DNA of 64,000 nucleotides from Eledone cirrhosa (Eukaryota). Shown one piece after another: positions 1 to 13,434 of the stretch. Within the stretch, counting starts at the first letter, position 1; each line of letters begins with the position of its first letter. Position numbers and translations under genes: made by a program. The notes beneath the pieces were generated by a model. That model had not been told where the DNA came from. It worked only from the letters and a program-made list of their open reading frames with translations, and did not search any database. The stretch covers positions 31,372,001-31,436,000 of the forward strand of contig OZ024753.1 in NCBI GenBank assembly GCA_964016885.1, given 5' to 3'.

Positions 1-62
1 CATTGAAGAATTATATATATATATATATATCTTTACACGATCACATCTAGGTATACGCTTGA

Positions 63-98
<36 letters not shown>

Positions 99-214
99 GA
101 CGTAAAATAAGAAAATTATAGTAATTAATTAACTTACTTAAATTTCACTCCAAACCTATATCTTTGCTAGCGTAAGTATACATCTGTATAAATATGTTGG
201 TAGATATACTAATT

Positions 215-261
<47 letters not shown>

Positions 262-265
<4 letters not shown>

Positions 266-480
266 GATGCCAAAATCTCAATTTAGGGGAATGCAAGTCA
301 GACTAACTTAACTCGTGACAGAGCGATATTGGTTGTTCCAATAATTTGGAACAATCGATATTGGTTTTTTGTTCCAGAAACCATGGTATGGAGAAGAATA
401 TATGAGTTAGACTTACTTATTTTAGTCAGTCTGTTTTATACTCCTCTAAATTGAGATTTTGGAATGATATTTTTTATGTT
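262..480 (+). mobile_element. Fold-back PLE pLTR-like fragment (family J) with the 3' half of an HHR
   Basis: Inverted ends ccaaaatctcaatttag / ctaaattgagattttgg. Hairpin tggaacaa..ttgttcca is followed by GAAAC-catg-GTA (palindromic stem III); no CUGANGA. Abuts (TA)n. Confidence 0.5.
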
Positions 481-555
481 TATTTTATATATTAATTGAG
501 ATATCAAAGTATTAGAGACAAATAATTTGTAATTATATATATATATAATAATTTG

Positions 556-596
<41 letters not shown>

Positions 597-599
<3 letters not shown>

Positions 600-753
600 C
601 AACCCGCTTAGGGTGAAAGCAATTATTTATTACTTAAACTTTTAGTCCATGCTAATAATAAATATTTGCTCTACAGGTTTATATATACTTACATAAATAT
701 ACAATGCTTACCAAGTGCTTTTCGGATCTTCGTCTTTGTATTTAGTATCACTA

Positions 754-757
<4 letters not shown>
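597..757 (+). mobile_element. Diverged family C PLE pLTR fragment
   Basis: cccgcttagggtgaaagca...ttaaact...aataaatatttgctctac resembles 40553-40699; flanked by (TA)n. Confidence 0.55.
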
Positions 758-794
<37 letters not shown>

Positions 795-1307
795 TAACAT
801 AGAATTGTTTGTACACGGGACACAAAGCAAGCAGTTTGAAGGAAAGGGGGAAATCGACTAAATTGAATCCAGTTCATTACTGGTATTAATGATTTAGCGA
901 GCACTAACATATATGCCACACCGTTATTTCTACAACTCATCTATCTATCTATCTATCTATAGTCACACACATAAAAAGTGACTGCATTAAACTTTCATAA
1001 TTTTTATAAAGGATTTCTCATAATTCTGTATTAGTTCTTTGTTTGGCTTCAAACAATACGTTTCCTAAATCCATAAGTTACAGCTCATCTTCCAGAAGCG
1101 AGATTGCATTTCATAAGATATTTCCCGGGCGTTTTAATCCAAAAGTCTATATGTGTCAATATTCATATATATATATATATATATACATATATACATACAT
1201 TACGGAACACTCACACGCACACACACGTTCTTCATTAGCTAAAAGGTGACTAGTGTTCGGTATTTCTGCAAGTTTATATGCGTATATATATATATATATA
1301 TATATAC

Positions 1308-1521
1308 GCATTGCTTTATATCTGGAGATCTCTCTGCACTGTCGTCACATGGTACCATGGGCCCAGCACTATGTGTCAATAATTGTCACAAGTGTAGTGT
1401 TTGTACCAGAGTTTTCAAGTCGCTGGCCGGACGAAAAAGTCACACTCGTTCAGCGCATCGGTAGGGGTTCTCCTACATGGATATAAAGTAGTGGCCGTAC
1501 TCGAAAACGAGTTGGCAGCCA

Positions 1522-1524
<3 letters not shown>
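1308..1524 (+). mobile_element. 5'-truncated copy of the short RTE-derived element
   Basis: Near-identical to 12070-12287. Encodes CHKCSVCTRVFKSLAGRKSHTRSAHR* (RTE-type C-terminal C2H2). Ends gcagccacca + (TA)n. Confidence 0.75.
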
Positions 1525-1555
<31 letters not shown>

Positions 1556-1805
1556 TGTATGCTATGCATAAAAATAGCCAAACATATCTGAATGAGGAAT
1601 TATATAAAGAATAGTAAACATTATATTTTTCTCACTAAAAAATGTGGCTGTGTCTTCATATAGAATAGATCTGAAAATATTAAACCACCTACAAACTGGC
1701 TTAGCACTTGTATAACTCAGATAATCTCTGAGCGTCATGTAACTCAAATATTTTGTAACCTACCTCCTTTTTTGTGACACTCACGGCGGAAGGTTATTTC
1801 TTTAC

Positions 1806-1930
1806 TGAATGAGTTCAAATCCCGCCGAGGTTAACTTTGCCTTTCATCCTTACGGGGTCGATAAAATAAAGTACCAGTAATGTACTGGGTAATTGCTGGC
1901 CTTGTGCCAAAAATGTAGAAACAGTTATTT
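1806..1930 (+). mobile_element. tRNA-head SINE, 5'-truncated
   Basis: B box gagttcaaatccc, core ctttcatccttacggggtcgataaaataaagtacc; flanked by TSD gttatttctttact. Confidence 0.85.
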
Positions 1931-2286
1931 CTTTACTCAATGTTAATTCATGCATAAAACTTTAGTTCTCCAGGTCATAACACTGCCTATTTCTTCCACT
2001 GAAAATGGGAGTGGATATGCGTGTGTGTGTTTCTATATAACATCCTAAGCAATTATTATAGGCAGATGTGAATATAGAAAGATTGAAGATTATTTGTGGA
2101 ATAAACCTGAAAAAGTAATTTGCATTCCAATGTTAGCTAACATAGTATATATTAAATGAAATAAGAAAACTTACATTATAGTGAGATAAGGATGCGGCTG
2201 AGATGTAATTAGCAATATAGATAGAAATATACTGTGAATTATCTAGTTAGATAGACAGGTATGTATATACATACATACATTTATAT

Positions 2287-2351
<65 letters not shown>

Positions 2352-2369
2352 ACAGGGATGTACAGGGAC

Positions 2370-2525
2370 AGAAACGACCCTAGTACATAACTGGTAATTT
2401 ATTTATCGAACTTGAAATGCGGAAAGGCAAAGTTGACCCCGGTCGGAACTGAACTGAAATACAGAGGGCTGGAACGAATAACGTGAAGTCTTGTCCCCCG
2501 ACTTTCAACTACTGACAATGCCGCC
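2370..2525 (-). mobile_element. Old diverged SINE
   Basis: Degenerate match to the SINE core (ctggtaatttatttatcga...aaaggcaaagttgacc). Confidence 0.55.
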
Positions 2526-2614
2526 TACAATGTTAAACATTTCAATCAATTTTATGAGAATAAACATAATTTGATGAAACCTGTCTCTCTCTCTCTGTCT
2601 CTCCCCCTCTCTCC

Positions 2615-2705
<91 letters not shown>

Positions 2706-2806
2706 GCGATGAAATACCAATGATGGTTGGAAAATCACTGACGAAGGACTATTTTTATCATATGTAACCTATGTGCAACCACGCAGTATCCTTCTTTCTT
2801 CTCATG

Positions 2807-2854
<48 letters not shown>

Positions 2855-2931
2855 TAGGTATATATTGAGTTAGAAACTCAAAATGGTCTCTTACAATTAA
2901 ATAGCTCAAGGAAAGAGATTTTTCCGAGCCA

Positions 2932-3185
2932 CGTAATATAATGGAATATAAAAGAGAGATAAACACAGATATATATACATATATGTGTTCAAATCGTATT
3001 AGATTCGCTAGAGTGAAAAAGAGACTAACTATGAACAATAGAGTTGCCATACTCAATTTAAGAATAAATCAAGAAAATAAATACAAACCGATATTGTGGA
3101 CACCCTAGCGAATCTGGTCCCTTATGATTTGAACACATATATGTATATATCTGTGTTTATCTTTCTTTTATATTCTATTATACTA
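2932..3185. repeat. Inverted repeat, ~85 bp arms, in TA context
   Basis: gataaacacagatatatacatatatgtgttcaaatc (~2958-2993) is the reverse complement of ~3127-3162; arms extend on both sides. Confidence 0.75.
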
Positions 3186-3861
3186 TGTATATATATATAT
3201 ATTGTTTGTTTTAGTGAAATTGGAGATATTTTGTTTTCTTTTACTGGCTTAAGTCATTAGAGCTATGTTACTTCCTTCAACGGTTTTCAGCCGTTCACAT
3301 CCACCATAGTATTTTTTAAAAGTTATGTTGCTTATGTTATTGATTTGTAGCTTAGTGGTAAGGATATTAGTATCACGATCGTAGGCTTGTGAGTTCGATT
3401 CCTCGAGATAATGTGTGCTTGAAGAAGGCACCTTATATGCTTCAGTCAACTTTACTGGAAAAACTGCGTTCTGACGACACTGATGGAAAACTAAACCGGC
3501 AAATGTATAACATTCATGGTGTGAAGAGAGGAAAATCTCATGCGTGGTTTTCCAGAAAATACTTCGCTCGGGGGTGTACTGTTCAGTCATACAAAACAAT
3601 TAGTGCCATTCATTCATGATTTCATGATAGGAAATGTTATCAAGTTATGTTCGAAACATCAATGTAATAAAGTAAAAGTTAATTATTTTTCAGACCTCTC
3701 CTGCAAATATTAATTATTTTCAGAATTACTTGAAACACAGACATTATATTTCGAAAAATTGATCACGAAATGCTTAAACAAAAATAGTATTTTACAGATA
3801 CAGGCACGTGCTCGCACACACCCTTGCTCACGCTCACAAATATGGATTGTATATATATGAT

Positions 3862-4077
3862 TTCTAGAATAGGTACAACAAGGCCAGTAATTGGTGGGGA
3901 GAGGAAAGTCGATTAAATCGATCTCAGTACGTTACTGGTGTTTTATTTTATCGACCCCGTAAGGATGAAAGGCAAAGTTAACCTCAAAGGGATTTGAACT
4001 TAGACAGTAAAGAGCCGTAACTATATGCTGCAAAGCATGGTGTCCGACTCCCTACCGATAATGCCAATCCACCGCCC
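3862..4077 (-). mobile_element. tRNA-head SINE
   Basis: Reverse complement of the SINE consensus, including head (tgccaatccc) and core. Confidence 0.85.
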
Positions 4078-4845
4078 TGATTACATATATATTTATTTAT
4101 ATAAATATGATCACCGAAACAAGCACACATGCGACGTATATACTGGTCCTAAAAAGAGTCAATTCAAAATATTTGGTGCATTATAAATGCTCTATGAAAA
4201 GGGTGATGCGATTTATACACGAATATGCATGGTAATTATTCATAAAATCCACATATACATTCCGAAATATAAAAGACAAAATCGTAGAGGATGTTTTGTA
4301 ACAATAAAGAAGCCAGGAAGTGTTGTTTGATTTGTAAATGTTGTTATGTAGTACATCTGGGTCGACCACGTGGAGGTTGATTTGTTACAAGATTATAGTA
4401 GAACAAAATACCGGGTGTTTCTATAATTATTATATGTTCCTGAAGTAAGGCAACTCAGTAAACCCTCCTAAAAATGTAGCAGAGTTAGTTACCAAAAATC
4501 TATCTGGTATTTTGTAATATAAGAACTTATTTTACAAGATGGTTATATCATTACCGAGGATAGTGACGGTACACTTTGTGATGATGATGATCTAAATTTT
4601 TGTTCAGTAGCATAGACACTAGCTCTGATATTTGTGTCAAGGTCAGATACCCCAATACGCCTATACTTTAAATATGTATTAATGTGGGAATGGATTTGGC
4701 GTATACTGGATCTTTTACACACACACACACACACACACATACATCATATATATGTATGTGTTTATATATATATACATATATATTCAGGTGTTGTTTCTGC
4801 ATGTTGATTTAAAGTCTAAAGAGTGCTCAACCGAGGGAGCGAAAT

Positions 4846-4912
4846 AGTAATAATAATAAATGTGAAGACTAAAATCCGAATTTTAGTCTTCACATTTATT
4901 ATTATTACTGTT
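4846..4912. mobile_element. Hairpin of the family C 3' terminus
   Basis: taataataaatgtgaagactaaaatccgaattttagtcttcacatttattatta; same sequence as the end of 39278-39378. Confidence 0.65.
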
Positions 4913-4920
4913 TATATCTA

Positions 4921-4971
<51 letters not shown>

Positions 4972-5773
4972 ATACGCACATGTACACATATACATACATA
5001 GATAAATAGATAAACCTTTGTGTGTGTTTGCACATACATACATGTGCCCCCACTGATTTCTAGAATAGGTACAAGGCCAGAGACAACTTCCCTGCAATTC
5101 ATTCGGTTGCATTTGAACCAGGTTTCCGTTACAAGGCTAACTTCTATCATTCTCTCACTATTCTCAATGGGTCTGAAAATATTGAGGTAGCTTCTCTTCC
5201 TCATTAGTCTGTCATTTAAGGAGAAAGATATATATACAAAAGATTAAAAAAAACTTCTATTAATAACTTCATAGAACAGATTCAAGAAGACTACTACTAC
5301 TACTACTCAAAGAGTATATATATATTTACTATTCCTAGATACACTATATCATCTTACACCACTTATGAATTATCTCATGAGATATTCCGTGTGAAGGACT
5401 GAAACATACTTATGTATGTGTGTATGCATATATTATACACACACAGACATATAAAAGTTATATGTGTGAGAGAATGATGAGAGTGTGTGGGTGTATGTAC
5501 TTAAGTATATATATATATAACACTGTTCTTATTTGTTTTGTAGGTGGAACGTAGTAAGAGATAAACTACTAGTTTCACTTTCGACCACACAAGAGGATGT
5601 TGTTTCATGTTTTCAAGGAAAACATGAAAGAGCCGCTGAGTGAGTCTTGTTAGAAGAAGCAGATAAATAAAACTCAAATTTTTATACTAAAGTCATTAAA
5701 TTTGACAGAATAATGACGGGGTAGTCGTGGCTAGAATACCTTTCATTGACGAACAGTTTAAACAGAGTGGATC

Positions 5774-5837
5774 AGCGCGTCTCCTTGCCGTCCATCGGGG
5801 AAACGCCTTCTCTATTCTGTCCGCCGGGGCTGTGGGG
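5774..5837 (+). mobile_element. CRE-type non-LTR 3' fragment
   Basis: Close match to 41116-41180; frameshifted QRV..AVHRGNAFSILSAGAV. Confidence 0.7.
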
Positions 5838-6584
5838 AGGCCACCAATATGATTGACTGACTTGTCACACACATGCACTACCAGTGTAATGGTCGCTCAG
5901 TCGCATAGATGCTAGAGAAATGTAGTAGTCTGGTTACTCCCGACTGAACCCGGGATTCTGTCTTAGCCACTTATATTTCTGGTCTTTTTTAAGCCCCAGG
6001 TGAGGTTTGATTGAAATATGATCCGAGATCACCATCATTCTTGATGTATATATACCTACGATTACGTTATCCAATCTGTTCTTCCTTTTTTTAATGACGG
6101 TAGGATACGGTTGGAAAAGGTTTCAGTGCTATATTTAGCAGGTGATTTAAGTATGGGTGCTAGAAAGTTGTCATGTGTTTGAAATAATAATTTCTTATAT
6201 TTGGTCTGACTCATTGTATTCTGTTGAAATTCCGCTGAGATTCCTTTTGGCTTTGAGGAATGAAATACTTGTCCAGGGGTTGTGAATTCATGGATCTCTG
6301 GGTTATGATTTCGAATCCCGCCTCCCTCTAACGAAAAATTGTTGCTGATTCTGCTAATTTGTGTGGTCAGTATTTACTGTCATTAATGGTAACATAATTT
6401 CTTTGTTTCAATCTGGAAAATCAGCTTCTTTTCATTCATACTTTCTAGAAAGTGAAGCAACGTGTATAACGAAGCTGGTATGGTCATATAATATCTAACA
6501 TTTCTTTACGTAACTAAGTAATTAAGAATTACGCTTTGCAATCTTGCTACCCACGAAGTATCCATTATTATCCATAATATATAA

Positions 6585-6765
6585 GGGCGGTGGATTGGCA
6601 GTATCGGTAGAGGGTCGAACGCCATGCTTTGACGCATAGAGTTACGTCCCTTGCCATTCTGAGTTCAAATCCCGCCGAGGTTAACTTTGCCTTTTATCCT
6701 TACGGGGTCGATAAAATAAAGTACCAGTAATTGCTAGCCTTGTGCCAAAAGTAGAAACAATTATT
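6585..6765 (+). mobile_element. tRNA-head SINE with TSD
   Basis: A box tggcagtatcgg, B box gttcaaatcc; TSD attattatccataatata. Confidence 0.9.
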
Positions 6766-7489
6766 ATCCATAATATAACAGAGGTTTAGTTCGAGTTCAC
6801 CTTTAGAGGCTTGAAAGTAGATACAATATGTTCAATTCCGCTGTCTGTGGTTCTAAATTTTCACCTCTATTTGCCTTTCCCTCAAATGCAGTTTGTTCGG
6901 AGTTTACTATAAAGAAAATAATTACCTTTTGCATTACCAGGAGTACAGGTACAATTTTTTCTTATGTAATTTTAAAGTGAAGCGAGTCTTAATGTCGGAG
7001 ATCTATTCATTCTGTCAAGAACATTATCAATTAATGATATATTTGGTGAAATAGCGTCATTTCTTACATAAAACAGGATTTATCTATCGCTGTGAATTAT
7101 AAAGGATTTAAATAAAGAGTCGTTGTTAGTATGAAAATTATATGGAAGTAGATGAGGTTTCTATGGAAATAGCACATAGTTTTGTATTGCTTTTAAGAAA
7201 TTTAGTGAAGTATTATTTATTTATCTAATTTTATAATACATATGTATATTTAATAATCCACAACTAATTTTATAATATTGTGATATGTAATATCATCCAA
7301 ATAATTTTATAATATATATTTGTTTCATAACCCAGAAATAATTTTAAAAGATTTATAAATTTAATAGAGTATAAATAACCTTAAAATATCGATATATCTT
7401 TAATAAAGTACGTAATTTAATCTTACAATTTAAAATAAATAAATATATCACATTCATTTTTTTCCACTCAAAATACCCCCCCCCCCCCT

Positions 7490-7533
<44 letters not shown>

Positions 7534-8000
7534 CAAGACCGATTAGTCATTTTACGAACCGTTAGTATATTAAATTGTAAAAGCTGCTTTAACTCATGTT
7601 TAATTGTTTAACTATAATAAAGACGTTTTAAAAGTTGTGTAAATAAACTGATGGAGACGGAAAAATAACTGCTAAGAGAAGCCTGCTGGAATCGAAATCG
7701 AATCTCTGAGTTCGATTTCCTGGGTATATCAATCAATATTTCATAATAACTCTGCGAAGATGTTGATTATAGCCATCATTTCGGGGCTGATTTTGATAGT
7801 GTTTCCAGACCTAAACAACATTTAATCAACAATAATAATTTTCTGTGAAACCTTAAACTTCATAACATATTTTTTGACATCGCGAAACAACAAAAGAAAG
7901 ATTAAAGTTTTATGCGTGTGAATGTCCTCGCTGTATGATGTCAACTTTTGAATAGGAGATGCGCATATAATATGAACACACATAATATGAACACACATAG

Positions 8001-8138
<138 letters not shown>

Positions 8139-8571
8139 ATAAATAAGGTGTTATCTCGAAAATCGAGTTAAGCGCGAGTGCATTATAAATTTATATAATA
8201 ATTTGAAACTCAATGCAAAGGAAAACTGTCAGAGTGACTTCCGATTGCCCTTTCTAGTCTCGATTTGGTGTTGAGGAAACGCGTTCCATATCACTCCCGC
8301 TCTGATCTATCCGTCTAGCATCTATATGTTCATTTTGGCAGACACACATCATACAAGCAGAAACACTTTATTTCGGTTGCGTGAACCGGCAATTATATGT
8401 GGTACCCCAACCTTAAATTTTCGCTTGAAACTACATAACGGTGCTGGGGCTGATGACACAATAATGTGCTGTGTGTTTCTTTTGTCTTGTTCACTTCCAT
8501 CCTTCCATCTTCTACCACTTCTCTGGACCAACACACTTCCAGCCGCTCATTCCTGTCCTTGAGGTAATATA

Positions 8572-8720
8572 TATAGGAAAAGAGTTAGGACACTGGCGGC
8601 TGAGCTCCGTCCGTTTCGACATCTAGATCCGTTCTTTTCCTATTACCTACTCTAGTACTTTAATTATCGAGTACTCTGCTGCGGTTTGGTCCACCTGTTT
8701 TGTTACCACACTTTCTTTGC
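8572..8720. mobile_element. Family A fold-back PLE pLTR fragment (HHR 3' half)
   Basis: Antisense arm ggcggctgagctccgtccgtttcgacatctagatccg, then sense 3' end ..ggagtactct..ggtccacctg..accacac; TA-flanked. Confidence 0.7.
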
Positions 8721-9039
8721 TATATATACATACATACATACATATATACACACTCCATGTATAAATAAATAAATAAATAAATATATATATATATATGTAT
8801 ATATACTGTATATATATATACTGTATATATATACTGTATATATATATATACTGTATATATATATACTGTATATATATATATACTGTTATATATATACTGT
8901 ATATATATATATACTGTATATATATATATTAATACTGTGTATATATATATATATACTGGGTATATATATATATATATATACTGTGTATATATATATATAT
9001 ACTGTGTATATATATATATATACTGTGTATATATATATA

Positions 9040-9073
<34 letters not shown>
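8720..9073. repeat. (TA)n-derived compound satellite (tatactgta)
   Basis: Seen directly. Confidence 0.95.
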
Positions 9074-9077
<4 letters not shown>

Positions 9078-9395
9078 AAGGAGAAGAATGACATCATTTA
9101 TGGTTGGTGTCTTTTAATGGTCCATATCTTAATAGTAAGTCGTTATTGATATTAGACCAGATCAATAGCGATTTACTATAAAGCTATAAAGATTGGATCT
9201 ATTAAAGAACACCATCCACCAGTGAAGTCATTCTCTCTTTTCAAATATATATTACTGCACCAAGTAATTTCCTTCATTTTTGATAGCGTCCGAAACATTA
9301 ATACCCGCTTCCTGCTATCACAAGCGTTAACCTAATATATCCCTGCCATGTACTGTACCGATTGTGTTGTTATTTCTGTTTACCTTTTACACACA

Positions 9396-9455
<60 letters not shown>

Positions 9456-9488
9456 CAGACACACACGCACACACATACATACATACAT

Positions 9489-9752
9489 AAAAGTCAGCTC
9501 AAAAGTGACACAGAGGAGACTGAGGTTAGCTGGACATGCTCACCGACATCCAGAGTTGACATTGCACTCAGTGCTCCTTAGGGAGCCCCTACATGGACAC
9601 ACTAGAAGTGGAAGACCAAGGTTAACGTATGTTGATGCCCTAAGGACAGACACTGGCCTGTTGGAGACGCAGGACATGGCAGCGATAATGAGGGACAGAG
9701 ACCGCTGGAAAGAACTCGTCCATGGATCTCGGGAATTTGACCCGCCTTAGAT
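9489..9752 (+). mobile_element. RTE-clade LINE 3' fragment
   Basis: Encodes QRRLRLAGHAHRH..GRPRLTYVDALRTD..MRDRDRWKELV*, typical RTE C-terminus; second copy at 49826. Confidence 0.85.
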
Positions 9753-9906
9753 ATATATATATATATTAAAGTGTTAAACAATATTCAATGAGAATGTCAA
9801 AGATTGAGTTTTACAGTAGATTGGAAGCACTCGACGAAAACAATATTTTTCCGGAGTTATTAATATTAAAATATAAATATTAATAACATGGATGTTCTTT
9901 TGATCA

Positions 9907-9969
9907 ATTACATTTTATTATACATATTTCGGATGTACAACAGTACGTCCTCATCAGACAAAATATAAT
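9907..9969 (-). ncRNA. Type I minimal hammerhead ribozyme
   Basis: attatattttgt-CTGATGA-ggacgtac/tgtt/gtacatcc-GAAA-t atgt a-TA-ataaaatgtaat; 12 bp stem I. Confidence 0.85.
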
Positions 9970-10824
9970 GATACATGACATACCCTGAGATGTTAAATGG
10001 TTAAGATTTAATCAAGGTAGGGATTAACCTAAGAGAAAATTTAACATATATACCCTAATTATGAGAAAATGCTAAAACATAATAAATTCATTAGAGAATA
10101 TGTGAGTAAGAAAAACGTTGCTTAATGTAACTGTTATAGAGATTTTAAAATGTATTATACTACAATATTTCTAGGAAAACATCTCATGAATCATAACAGC
10201 CAGTGATAGCCCCTGGAAAAGGATTTATAAAGAGGGAAAGATAAAGGGGCGGGGGTGATATATGCAGAAGGAGATTTTATGTTGCTCCTTCTACATTCTA
10301 TAAGTGTGTTAACAATTCTAAGCTTCCGAGTTTTATGAGGGTAACATTTAAAGGATTTAGCTGGCACGTCAAGAAGCTTAGAAATGTTAACACACTTATA
10401 GAATGTATAAAACTAATATATACATAACCAGCAAAAAATCCAGAAATCTTGAGTCTTCACTCTAATATTATAAATTAAATATTTTCAAAATTAACCGTTT
10501 AACTTTCGGAAAAAATCTCCTTCTGCATATATCATCCCCCCCCCCCCCCCTATCTTTCCCTCTTTATAAATCCTTTTCCAGGGGCTATCACTGGCTGTTA
10601 TGATTCATGAGATGTTTTCCTAGAAATATTGTAGTATCATACATTTTAAAATCTCTATAACAGTTACATTAAGCAACGTTTTTCTTACTCACACATTCTC
10701 TAATGAATTTATTACGTTTTCACATTTTCTCATAATTAGGGTATATATGTTAAATTATCTCTTAGGTTAATCACTACCTTGATTAAATCTTAACCATTTA
10801 ACATCTCAGGGTATGTCATGTATC

Positions 10825-10887
10825 ATTATATTTTGTCTGATGAGGAGGTACTGTTGTACATCCGAAATATGTATAATAAAATGTAAT
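10825..10887 (+). ncRNA. Type I minimal hammerhead ribozyme
   Basis: CTGATGA 10837-43, stem II gga.gtac/gtac.tcc, GAAA 10864-67, predicted cleavage after AUA (10875); stem I 10825-36 pairs with 10876-87. Confidence 0.85.
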
Positions 10888-11027
10888 TGATCAAAAGAAT
10901 ATCTATTTTATTAATATTTATATTTTAATATTAATAACTCCGGAAAAATATTTCTTTCGTCGAGTGCTTCCAATCTACTGTAAAACTCAATCTTTGACAT
11001 AAACATTGAATATTGTTTAACACTTTA

Positions 11028-11073
<46 letters not shown>

Positions 11074-11075
<2 letters not shown>

Positions 11076-11400
11076 TAAGAATCGCATAGTTGTAGCCGCT
11101 ATATGGCAGGTAATAACGGAGTTGTTTGAGGTAACCGCAAAGCACTCAATGGATTGAGATGCTAAATATATATATATATATATATACAAAAGTTAGTACA
11201 GCATAATCGGAGCTCTGGCTGCAGCTAAGCTAACGAATGCAAACGGAGTGAGCAGCTAAGCACTCAATAATATATATTACCTTAGAGTTATAACATTAAG
11301 TTTAGACAGCTTTGCAAATTGAAGAGGGCGACCGATAGGCGAGCCGCAGTGACCAAAACAACAATAAAAACTGAACTCAGGAAAATATGATAAACCTGGA
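11074..11400 (-). mobile_element. Two probable PLE 3'-end fragments between TA tracts
   Basis: Each carries aagcactcaa (reverse complement TTGAGTGCTT, the shared terminal motif) at 11140 and 11258. Confidence 0.4.
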
Positions 11401-11406
11401 TATATT

Positions 11407-11448
<42 letters not shown>

Positions 11449-11718
11449 ATATATATGTGTATATATGTATATATATATATATATGTATAGATATATATGT
11501 TTGTATATATATGTATATATATGTATATATATATATGTTTGTATATATATGTATATATGTATATATATGTATATATAGATATATATGTGTGTATGTATGT
11601 CTATATATGTATATATATATATGTTTGTATATATATGTATAAATATGTTTGTATATATATGTATATATATGTTTGTATATATATATATATGTTTGTATAT
11701 ATATATATATGTTTGTAT
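11401..11718. repeat. (TA)n / tatgtttgta compound microsatellite
   Basis: Seen directly; the same array resumes at 12288. Confidence 0.95.
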
Positions 11719-12287
11719 AGTACAGCCTGTCTCATGGTCGGGTCGTTGGCGACTAAACTGGCAACCCCACCAAGGTTTCTTGGTGAGGTGGGTGACTTTG
11801 GACATCCTGCAGGACTAAAAACAAAACCTGTCAAAGGGCAAAGCAGCTCTTAAGAGTCAATGGCCATCCAAAATCACCGGGAGAGTTGACCCCTTAGCCT
11901 TTGTCAAGGCAGAATTCTAGGAGAAGGAAAACTCTGATATACCACTGCAACTCTGATGGTATCCAATGATGTTGACTTGTTCTTCTTTTTGGTAAATATC
12001 ATCTTGGTTAAGAGAGTGGGACTGGCTTTGTGCAGTGCCTTTGCTCACTATAAAAGCTTCAGGGCACAGGCATTGCTTTATATCTGGAGATCTCTCTGCA
12101 CTTGTCATCACATGGTGCCATGGGCCCATCACTATGTGCCAATAATTGTCACAAGTATAGTGTTTGTACCAGAGTTTTCAAGTCGCTGGCTGGACTAAAA
12201 AGTCACACTCGTTCAGCGCATCGGTAGGGGTTCTCCTACATTGATATAAAGTAGTGGCCGTACTCGAAAACGAGTTGGCAGCCACCA
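11719..12287 (+). mobile_element. Longest copy (~570 bp) of a non-autonomous, internally deleted RTE-like element
   Basis: 5' part resembles RTE 5' UTRs (ctaggagaaggaaaactctga); 3' part encodes the terminal zinc finger plus a ctcg-aaaa-cgag hairpin; four copies in the window. Confidence 0.7.
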
Positions 12288-12494
12288 TGTTTGTATATAT
12301 ATCTATATATATGTTTGTATATATATATATATATGTTTGCATGTATATATATGTTTGCATGTATATATGTTTGCATGTATATATATGTTTGCATGTATAT
12401 ATATGTTTGCATGTATATATGTTTGCATGTATATATATATGTTTGTATGTATATATATGTTTGCATGTATATATATGTTTGCATGTATATATAT

Positions 12495-12529
<35 letters not shown>

Positions 12530-12567
12530 TGCATGTATATATATGTTTGCATGTATATATATGTTTG

Positions 12568-12598
<31 letters not shown>

Positions 12599-12633
12599 GT
12601 TTATATATATAAATATGTATATATATATGTTTG

Positions 12634-12664
<31 letters not shown>

Positions 12665-12893
12665 GTTTGTATATATATATATGTTTGTATATATATATTT
12701 GTATATATATATATGTATGTATATATATGTTTGTATATATATATGTATATATATGTTTGTATATATATGTTTGAATATATACATGTTTGCATATATACGT
12801 ATATATATATATATGTTTGGATATATACATGTTTGCATATATACGTATATATATATATATATATATATGTTTGTATATATACATATATGTTTG

Positions 12894-12928
<35 letters not shown>

Positions 12929-12930
12929 AT
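12288..12930. repeat. (TA)n / tatgtttgcatg compound microsatellite
   Basis: Seen directly. Confidence 0.95.
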
Positions 12931-13311
12931 AGTGGTAGCTATGGTGCTTCCATAGGCGGTATGCCAAAATAGCACTCGATATTCATCAGAGTAGAGTGTA
13001 TAAATTATCAAGAAAACGAAAAATCAGTGATGCATCTGGACTTGGTTTATTTCGTGTTACAAATGTTTCGCCGTCAGGTAGCTCGAGTCATGGTCCTTGT
13101 ATGGATCTGGCTGATTCTACTTCTGCAGGTTCCTTCAGACACGTGATAAAATTTGCTCCGGACATAACAGACGTGGCTGAAAGAACCTGCAGAAGTATAA
13201 TCAGCCAGATCCATACAAGGACCATGACTCGAGCTACCTGACGGCGAAACATTTGTAACACGAAATAAACCAAGTCCAGATGCATCACTGATCTTTCGTT
13301 TTCTTGATAAT
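12931..13311. mobile_element. Fold-back PLE fragment (family H) with HHR-like motif
   Basis: Arms ~13004-13145 and ~13171-13311. Minus strand reads cgtgt-CTGAAGG-(~60 nt)-GAAAC attt GTA-acacg. Terminal motif tagcactcga at 12970. Confidence 0.65.
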
Positions 13312-13434
13312 ATATATATATATGTGTTTGTATATATATATGTATGTTTGTATATATATGTTTGTATATATATATATGTTTGTATATATATTTATTTAAA
13401 TTAAACTGTTGGAAGAAAATAGAATATTTAGTAA

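Larger units (their letters stand above)
9765..11028. mobile_element. Large inverted PLE insertion (family E), ~510 bp arms, one HHR per arm
   Basis: 9765-10278 is the reverse complement of 10512-11028; a second 35 bp IR lies in the spacer; both outer ends abut (TA)n. Confidence 0.8.
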
